DNA of 62,902 nucleotides, counting the filler, from Platydemus manokwari (taxonomy: Eukaryota): the NCBI GenBank assembly GCA_037951405.1. It is 5 parts of 5 records of this genome, joined end to end, with 100 filler letters (N's around TTAATTAATTAA, not from the genome) between each part and the next. Parts side by side here need not be neighbours in the genome. Positions count along the whole stretch, not along the records: positions 52,878 to 62,902 come from JBBMOY011178101.1; 4 more parts are not named here. One strand, given 5' to 3'. Shown one piece after another: positions 54,030 to 62,902 of this stretch. A model generated the notes under the pieces. That model worked only from the letters and a program-made list of their open reading frames with translations. It ran no database searches and was not told where the DNA came from. Positions within the stretch are counted from its first letter, which is position 1. Each line of letters begins with the position of its first letter. The translations under genes and the position numbers were made by a program.

Positions 54030-54672
54030 GGAAAAATGAAACACATATCAATAGAATTTTTAATTTCAAATTAAAATTTAATTAAAATTTAATTAAAATT
54101 TGATTTTTATTTTATATATTTAAACATATTTTTGGTATGTTGACTATTCAGTTCGTTTTCAAAGTGTACTTTTTAAACTGGGAGCGGATAACATGGCGAC
54201 CACGCATCTGGATTCGATTCCGAAAAGATAAAAAACTGAAAATTAAAGAAAAGAAGGAAAAAGATACTAAGACTATATTGAACAAATATAAGGAAGTTAT
54301 AAGGAAGATATAAAGATGTTGTAGAAGATATTAAAAAAGGGATATAAAAGAAGATATGAAGTGTAAATAAATTAAATATCATGGGGATGAAAAAGAAGAT
54401 ATTAAAAGATAGAAGAGTTAGCGTGTTCTTGTAATGAAATATTTATAGTATTGGATACAGAGACAATTAACCAAATCAAAGATTTTAAAGAAAAGCATAT
54501 GTGAGGTATTTTAAATGAATTGAATTTTTGATTCAAATTTTATATGAAATCATATTTATATAAAATTAAATTTATTGGTTTAAATATTTGTATTTAAATA
54601 TATTTTTGATGTCTGGTTTTTTCGGTTTGTTTTTAATGTGTGTTTTACAAAAACAGAATAGTATTAACTACA
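54030..54672 (+). mobile_element. TRIM-like element, copy 5 (two LTRs)
   Basis: 5' LTR ends CA at 54193; PBS tggcgaccacgcatctggattcga at 54194-54217; 3' LTR TGTGAG 54500 to CA 54672. Left boundary approximate. Confidence 0.8.
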
Positions 54673-54769
54673 TGATTGTTAAAACATTTCACAGTATCTG
54701 TATTTGTGTATTAGGTTTTAAAACATTTTCCCCCTTTTAATTTATTAAACTTTAATATATTACGGATAT

Positions 54770-55335
54770 AACTTGCTATTTGTTTTAATTTTGTTATTAT
54801 TAAATGATATTTCAATTATATTTTAAATACAATTATTAAATTAAATTAACTTTTTATAAAAAAAGAATTTAAAATATTTTCAAATTTTAATTTATTATAA
54901 ATTTTTATCTCTCCTTTCTTTAAAATTTTTAATTTTCAGAATTTTGAAATATCTGTGAATCAAATTCTCTTGTTAAAATTCTTTGTATTAAAATTTCAAT
55001 TTCTTCTCTACTTTAAAAAATCTCTACATATTTTTCATATCTTTTTCATAATTTCCCAATATCTTCTCTACGTCTTCTTTTTATATATTTACTTTTTCTT
55101 CTTGAAACATATCTTTCTCTTCGTCTTATATATTTTGCTTCCAGCAGACATTATCAAAATGGAATCCAATGCTTGGTCACCATTTAAGTAGATACTGTTT
55201 TATAAAGAACGCATTTAAAACGAACTGAAAATTAAGACACCAAATTATATTTTAATTAAAATCAATAAATAAATTATTTATTTAAAAAAATAGAATTTTA
55301 AAATTTTTTAAATTTTGATTGATTATAAATCTTTG
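54770..55335 (-). mobile_element. TRIM-like element, copy 6 (degenerate)
   Basis: Reverse-strand PBS-like tggtgaccaagcattggattcca ending at 55182; LTR motif ggtgtcttaattttcagttcgtttt; PPT aaagaaaggagaga at ~54908-54921. Confidence 0.65.
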
Positions 55336-56159
55336 CTCGACTAAACTTATGAACATGATCAATTAAAAGTAAATATCAACCGGCATGTAATTACGAATTT
55401 TGTGATTAATAAAAATGTTTTGGAAGAATTATTAAGTTATTATTATAAATAAAAAATTAAATGCACCAAAATTGATAATGTATTATACAGAAATTATTTT
55501 AGAGATAATTTTTATATTACAAAGTTTATATTACAAATACTATCATTATTTATAATTAAAATATTATAATAAACTATTTTGAAAATTATTTGTTACTGAT
55601 AACAATGAGTATTATATATATAATGTAAATATTATTTAGAATTTTGAAAACATTGCGTAATTATAATAATTTAATTGGTACATTAATGAGAAACTATTAT
55701 AAATCTAATATAAAGTGATATAAATAATTATTTTTATTTAATAAATAATCAGGTTAAGAAACATTGATAATATCATTTATAAATGATAATAAGCAATTAA
55801 AAATATAACAGTGGAAATATTAAAACTAAAATAATTTTTATCACATTAACATCTTGTCTCATCAAGTTAAATTTAGAATAATCTATTTGTTGTCAGAGTA
55901 ACCATTTGCTGCACACAATTTCAAACAAATAAAACACATCGTCGACATCAATTGATTGTGTCACAGGACTATCTATTTGCGCCTGTGTGAAAACCTATTG
56001 AATTGTACACGGTACACAGATTTCGGCATTTAACACCGTACTGAGATAGAAAAATATATTTAATATATAAAGAACAATAGAGAATATATTTCTCATTTAT
56101 TATCATCTCTATGTATATCATTGTCTTGATTTTTAATCAGTTTTTATATTCTATCATCT

Positions 56160-56750
56160 CGCAATGTCCGTTATATTTCAAATAAGCAATTGTTCATTAA
56201 TATATCTGAACGAAACGATTAAAGATCATTTGTTATGCATCAGAATCTTGTCACAAAATTGGTGGAAGATTATCATTCTACACTGAATTGCAACAATTAG
56301 GATCTTGCTTAGATGATGAACAATATTTTACAGATGTTACAGATTTACTGAAAGACAGTAAAAGTAAAAGGACAAGATAGTTGAATACGAATGGAGCAGG
56401 AACGACAAATACAACTCCATGATTCGATAATCAACTAAGCAACTCAAACAAATGGTGAGGATTGTAAATAAATAAATAAATAAAGCGATATGCATGTGTG
56501 AACAGTAAAATAGCCGAAATTAATTTTTAAATATATTTTGACAAATGAAATCATTTACAATGATGTGATAAGGAAGAGGACTGCTATCAAAATTTTATTG
56601 TTAAATATAAAATTAAAATCAATATATTAATAATATATTTGTTGAGGTGTCTGATTGATGGTGTATACAAACCATTTTATTATGAAGATGAAGAATACAA
56701 ATGTGTTGTGATAAAATATGCTATCAGCGCGTTACCACAAAAGTTGAAGA
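56160..56750 (+). pseudogene. Probable C-type lectin domain pseudogene
   Basis: QCPLYF...ASESCHKIGGRL...YFTDVTDL...R*LNTNG...TP*FDNQLSN, with stops at the positions expected for the conserved Trp residues, followed by a GT donor. Confidence 0.45.
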
Positions 56751-58306
56751 AAAATAACTTGAAATGGCAAGAATTTCACATTTATTGAGCTGTGAAAATG
56801 TAATCGATTTATGTTTAATTTTATTTCACGATTTTCACTTAAATTTGGATATATGCTCATCACTTGGGATTCAAATGATTGTTACCATATAACCGTTGAT
56901 TGGATTCATGCTTCTGACGATATTCGTTTATTCAGGTTTATGTGTTTCAGTAAATATAATGATAATTTAATTATGATAACACAACTACATTAAAATTAAA
57001 TGATAACTCCAGTTTAACTAAATACTTTTGAAATCTATTCATCTGAATCATATTCTTTTATTTTTATTGTCAGTTAATATTTCATAATTTATTAACAAAT
57101 TTTAATTCTTATTTTTTTAATTCTAATATGTAAATCTCTGCAATCAATTTCATTCATTAAGTCGGTTTGAATGTCCTATTTATAAGATTTCTTGAGACAA
57201 TATGTAGACAATAACTTGATTTCCTACTTCTAAAATATTCAAAGTAATTTTGCCGACAATCTTTAATACACAAATAAATGTAAAATTTAAAAGACATTGA
57301 AAGGCATAAACAGTTACAAATCTGAAATATACCAGGTGTTCTCAATTGCAACTACAAGCTTATAAAGTGTCAAAAATTGAAAATTCTGAGAATTAAACAT
57401 CATTCTTTTTATATTTCCAATAGTTTTTTAATTAAATTTATTATTTTATAATCACTTATATCATTATTATTATGTTATTTAACTTTATTCCGATTATTAT
57501 TATCGGTAATATATTTAAAAATATAGTACTAATATAAAGTTGTTTTCATAACAAAACAAGATAAATATTAAAAAAAATGTAATTTGTAATATCTGTTATA
57601 AAATAATTAGTTATCATTCCAAATTATCATTCCAAAATGTATGTTTTCTCTTTTCTAATTTATCAGATTTTATGTCTAACAATTATTTATTTCATATGAA
57701 TTGAGATAATTATTGAAAACGTCTTTAAACTTATAACAAATATGAAATATTATTCAAATTAGATATTCAAGGAAAATTCTTTTTTTAAATATCAAAGCGC
57801 AATAATAAAAAATTATCAATGTAAAAGAGGTTCAAGATTTCTTTAATATGGTAAACCAGAACTTCATAAACACCAGATTAGGTTTGCATTTTATTTTAAA
57901 GAAATTATCTCAATAATCTTTATATATGACAATTATCTTCAGAGCATAATTGGTTAACAATCCTTCAACAATTTGTAATTAGATCAGTTAGAGATTAATC
58001 CCACTTTCATAAACGTTTAAACTTTCTGATTTCAGACTCTGAAACCATAATCTGCTCGACTGGCAGAACATTTAATTATCGACTGATCGATATTTCACAA
58101 CCACCAAAAATATTAACATTTTCTCAGTTTATATTTCATGAGTTTGTTCAGATTTACATAGCTGATGCCAAAAATTAAATGTATCGATTAAGCTCTCTGT
58201 TCTAACAAGAACTTTATAATAATAGTTTTCTTATACATGTTAAGTGGGAATTTCAGTTTAAAGAAAGCATCCAGTAACAAGTAATTAAAGAAAAAACAAT
58301 GTTGAT

Positions 58307-58868
58307 TTTTAAGCCCTAGTGTATTTAAGTTTTATATTTAACATGTATTTTAATTACAATTAATTAAAATTCCTTTTCAAGCATAAATATATTTAAAATA
58401 AACTTCGCAACATAATTTATATAATTACGTAATTATGTTTTAAAATTATCAATATTCAGTTAATGTCTCAGATTTTAAGATGTCAAATAATGACAAAACA
58501 TAGTTTTAAAACCAACTCCTATTCTAATCACAACACTTAAGTTTACTATTTGAGTTTTAATTGAAATTTTTATAATTATAAATGGAGTTAGTTAACTAGA
58601 CATGTTTAATAATAACAGTGCTTATTTTTATAAAATAATTGTAAACATTTACAGTATCTCTCAATTTACTTCTAATAGTAAAAACGACAACCTTGCTAGT
58701 TTTCAATTAATTTCTATTCGTCCGGCCTTTTTCATTAATTTCAAATCATCAAATTTAAGGATATTTTTAAGCTCTAGTGTATTTAATATTTGATTACAAT
58801 CAATCAAAATTCCTTTCAAGCATAAATATATTTAAAATTAACTTTGCAACATAATTTATATAATTACG
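58307..58868 (+). repeat. ~100-120 bp imperfect direct repeat (58307-58429 and 58765-58868)
   Basis: Shared ttttaagc.ctagtgtatttaa and caagcataaatatatttaaaat.aactt.gcaacataatttatataattacg. Confidence 0.8.
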
Positions 58869-60134
58869 CAATACTAATATTAATTATGCTTTATAAACCA
58901 TGTAAATACATGCATATTTTTAAATAAATATAGTTGATAATATTCATATTTTAATGCGTTTAAATAATTCATTCATTGGGTATATAAATACGAATTATAC
59001 TTTTCATTGGTAGCATTGATTAATACCAAGTTTACTGTTTCAAAGTAAGTTTTTTAATTTGTAAAAATGCTATATAATTTAAAATTTATTATCACCATAT
59101 TATCATGTTTATTTTAATCATAAGATTAATCAAATTTATTATTACTTCAAACTTGATAATTTTTAAAATTCAATAAAAAACGGATGTACAGATTTTTTTT
59201 ACAAAGATTGAAATGTCTAGAAAACATTGATATTGTGAATATCGGTTTATGAACAGATGAAATTAACCAACATTGATTTTTTTTATCTTACGGTCTTCTG
59301 TTTAAAACGTGTAATATGAGTGTTCTATTTGTAAAGCTCAGTTTCATTTACCTAGTCATTCCTTGAGCTCTTCATATGTATAACAAGTTTTCTTAATATA
59401 TTATCGAATTTTTATAAAAATGATTAAACTCAGCTAGATATACATTTATTTTGAAATATGTGCAATGATTTTCTCATATTATTATATTAATGTATTAGCA
59501 AAAGTAAATTAGAGAAATTATAAATGCCTTCAAATTTTAAGACTGGATTGTGTTAGCAGATGAAATAAATTATTCAAACACATAGATGGAGAGAGTGAAT
59601 TTTGTTGATATGTTGAAGAGATCTGGAGTGTAGAGATTCAAAATAAATCGACATGAATGAAAACATTGTCCAGCTAAAATACATTTCAATTATAATTTTA
59701 TTAATGTTTTATTTATCAAATATTATTACAAAAATTAAAAGCTTGAAATTCTTTATTATGTAGTAAGCACGAAGCTTTTCGTATTTACCATATATCGTCT
59801 TTCATTTGATTTACTTTGATGACATTAAAACTATATTACTATATTCTTATAACTTTGAGATTTTGAATTGAACTGGAATTATTGTGTTATAATATACTGC
59901 AAAACTTACAGTTATAAATCGGAATCAAACAGTATCGAGACAGTTATCAGGTATTTGAATCCAGTGAATTCGATTTCATTAAATGTCTTATAATTAATTT
60001 TAATAACAAGACGACAAGTGGCCTCTCATTGTCCTTACAGATGAAAGACCACATTGATCAGGCGGCATTGGATAAACATTATGAATGATATGTGCATGAA
60101 ATCGTAATTTTAAAATATCCTTTTCCATTAACAT

Positions 60135-60719
60135 TGTTAGCCGGTACTATTTTAATACTGTTTCACACATTAAAAACGAGCTGAAAAGTCAAGACACCGC
60201 GAATTTATATAAATACAAATATTAAAACAAATAAATCTAATTTTATATAAATATTATTCTATATTGAATCATAATTAGATTAGAATTAAATTTTTAATTC
60301 ATATAAAATCCAATTCATATGAAATTTCTCACATTCCCCTTTCTTTAAAATTTTTGATTTGGCTAATTGACTTTGTATCGACAACTCATCATATTTCATT
60401 ACCCGAACATTCTAATTCTTCTATTTTTTTAAGATTTATTTTTGCATCTCCATTTTATTTACTTTTTTGTACCTCCATTATATCCCCTTTTATATCTTCT
60501 TTTGTATCCCCTTTCTATATCTTCTACAACTTCTTTATATCTTCCTTATATGTTCTCAATATAGTCTAGCATCTTCCTTCTTCTTTTCTATAATTTTCTG
60601 TCGTTGATCTATTCAGAATTGAATTCAGATGCGTGATCGCCATGTTAGCCACTACTACTAATTTTAATTGATATAAAATTTAATTCATACAAAATCCAAT
60701 TCATTTGAAATATCTCACA
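60135..60719 (-). mobile_element. Complete TRIM-like LTR retroelement, copy 7 (585 bp, 5-bp TSD)
   Basis: 5' LTR 60643-60719 (internally deleted) and 3' LTR 60135-60333, both TGTGAG...GCTAACA; PBS 60619-60642; PPT AAAGAAAGGGGAA 60334-60346; TSD AACAT at 60130-60134 and 60720-60724. Confidence 0.9.
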
Positions 60720-60875
60720 AACATCATTCTTTATTTTATTATTGAGATGATTTGAAATTTATCAATAAATGTTACGACATCTCTATCAAAATAAATGCAA
60801 AGAAATTACTTGCAAATAAGAGTGTCGTTTATTTGTCTTTTATAAACTGTGAATGATAATGGTTTGTAGTAAAAA

Positions 60876-61951
60876 ATGCTTCGATTGACGATCGTATTAC
60901 CACTTGTGATTTGGAAAATACTTATGACTGAAGCTTTAACGGTTTCATTTATAACGTGGAATGTTCATGATAATAAGGAAGTCTCAAAATTTGATAGTTA
61001 TATTGTTTCAAAGCTTCTGGATTTGGAATCTAGCAAGTATAATTAGTGATTGAAATATCTTTTGATATTTTTGCCAGGGAACTTCCTGATTTGTATGCAA
61101 TTACGTTACAGGAAAACTGTCTGGATTGTAATTCCTTCAGTCTTAAAAAAATTGCAGAGCCATTTATTGATAGGCTACAAAATTCTAAATCTATTCTGTA
61201 TAAATTGATATCAATTCATGACACAAGAAAATCGTCATTGTGTCGTCCATTTTCTTGTTTGCCACTTATTAGTCTGCACGGTACGTCATTAATCATGATT
61301 CTAGCTAAAGATGATTTGCCTATTACTGACATCTTCCAAGAGAAAAACAATGACTGTTCGTCAGGATTGATTAAAAATAATGAAAAAGGAATTGCAATGA
61401 TAGGATTTACCTTTTCTAATAAAAGGTTTTGTTTTGGTGGATTGCATCTAGATGCTAAAAGTGATGATTCCCGTAAGAAATGCTTTATTGATACGTTGGA
61501 GAAGGTGAGCAATAAATGCGACGTAATGTTTTTCGGCGGCGATTTCAATGTTAGGCCAAACCGAAAGAATGATCCGATTCCAGATAATTTTGATAATGGT
61601 CGAAATGAATTACTTCTTGAAGAGATGAGAAAAGGAGATGAATTGTCGGGTTCGAAACCGCATCATGGCGGGATTAATTTTCTCAATTATGTAAAACAAC
61701 AAAAGAAGAAAGTATTTATCGAGCCTTTTAACCAAGTCCCCAAATTTAAACCAACGTATTCTATAAAGTCATCACAGAAATGTGAAGATTTTCCGGTTTG
61801 TTATAGACCGGACCGGTTTCCAGCATGGACAGACCGAATTATTTATTTTCCTGATTCATCGGTCAGATGTACGGAGTATTCGACAATTCCAACACTTGGA
61901 GCTTTAAGTGATCACGTTCCAGTTTATGCGAATTGTGAGATTTCAACATAG
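60876..61951 (+). CDS. Inositol polyphosphate 5-phosphatase (IPPc), two exons, predicted signal peptide, 344 aa
   Basis: Exon 60876-61036 plus exon 61078-61951 (41-bp GT-AG intron, phase 2). Motifs ITWNV, PDLYAITLQE, KGIAMIGF, HL, GGDFNVR, FKPTYS, PAWTDRI, SDHVPV. Confidence 0.9.
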
Positions 61952-62189
61952 TTATCCATGATATTTATTGATTTTAAAGACTTTTGATGTTTTGGTTGTG
62001 ATAGAATGTGTGTCGGTTAAATTTACATAAAATATATCGATGATTTAAATTATTCAAAGTTAATTAAAATTGGCTTGATTCTTCTTTCTTCTTTTTATTA
62101 TTAATTTAAAGAGTGATTTCAAGCCATAATGTAATCATCATTATCAGTTCCACTAATTTTGTGAGGTGTAACACTTTTTGAATTTCTTA

Positions 62190-62830
62190 ATTGTTTTCTA
62201 ATGCTTTATTAATATTCTCAATATCTTTTAGTTTTAATCTGCCTTTAACTTTATATCCACTAGATTCACGGCTTTTGGCTATCTCTAATATATGATTAAC
62301 AGATCGTCATTGTTCATTAACATAACATATCGTTGAATCACTTCCTTAAAATCATCCTGACAAATGCCATCATTTCTATCAATTTCTTAAATCCCATTAA
62401 AATCATGTAGTTAAATGATATTGTTTTACTTTTATATAATGTGAGCTCTTTCATATTTTATTCGAATATTTTATTTTCAAATTTTGAAATAGTTTCCTAC
62501 ATCAATTGTCCTCAATCGATTCATATATTTATTCACATTAATTATTTGAACACAATAATCAATATTTATGGAATTTACATTCCACTCTGTAACGTCAATT
62601 AATTGGTTTTTAATGAATGAAAATAAATAATTGATGTCGTTAAATTTAATCTATTACAATCAATGCTTGAAGGTCTATTGATAAATAAGAGAATTTTATT
62701 TTTCTCAATCCACATACATTTGTATTGTATCGATATGAGAAGTATCAGGTGTACCGGTATGAAATAAGCGTTAAGATACAAATATGTTGGTAGGGAAGAT
62801 TTGTTGGGAACAAGCCTTAATTTTGATTCT
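62190..62830 (-). mobile_element. Possible highly decayed pogo/Tigger-like transposase remnant
   Basis: Fragments YFIP...KILLFIN.PS and HDFNG...QDDFKEVIQ loosely resemble the DDE_1 and Tigger C-terminal regions; many stops. Confidence 0.25.
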
Positions 62831-62902
62831 GTTTGGTTGGAATGACATAATCAATAACCTTATCAATAACCTTACATTATATAATAACCACATCATATTT
62901 TT

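Noticed and set aside
54955-55191. Short hydrophobic ORFs (also 29278-29556, 54173-54382, 60354-60569, 20285-20524, 26966-27154)
   Set aside because: Antisense translations of purine-rich TRIM cores or AT-rich noise, not membrane proteins.
12421-60719. Recurring catggcgaccacgcatctggattcga as a CRISPR repeat or tRNA gene
   Set aside because: Dispersed, eukaryotic context, no spacer periodicity and no cloverleaf; it is a primer-binding site.

Overview
Very AT-rich eukaryotic genomic DNA with many very short GT-AG introns (36-60 bp), dense degenerate retroelements and four artificial 100-bp scaffold linkers; the style suggests a free-living flatworm such as a planarian (inference). Host genes: two tandem intronless paralogues of an Ig-like type I membrane protein; an intronless rhodopsin-class peptide-receptor-like GPCR; a multi-exon TTC23-like TPR gene on the minus strand whose 5' exons I could not find; an antisense intronless RING+RRM gene nested in a TTC23 intron, partly tandem-duplicated together with one TTC23 exon; a divergent pantothenate-kinase-like (pseudo)gene broken up by Gypsy insertions; a probable C-type lectin pseudogene; and a two-exon inositol polyphosphate 5-phosphatase with a predicted signal peptide. 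Mobile DNA: several decayed Ty3/Gypsy elements, one carrying a REX4/ISG20-like DEDDh exonuclease ORF just upstream of its PPT and 3' LTR; seven copies of a ~400-600 bp TRIM-like LTR element with a tRNA-Arg-like PBS (one complete, with a 5-bp TSD); a hAT remnant; a Ulp1-protease remnant; and solo LTRs. All homology calls come from manual translation and motif recognition, not database searches.
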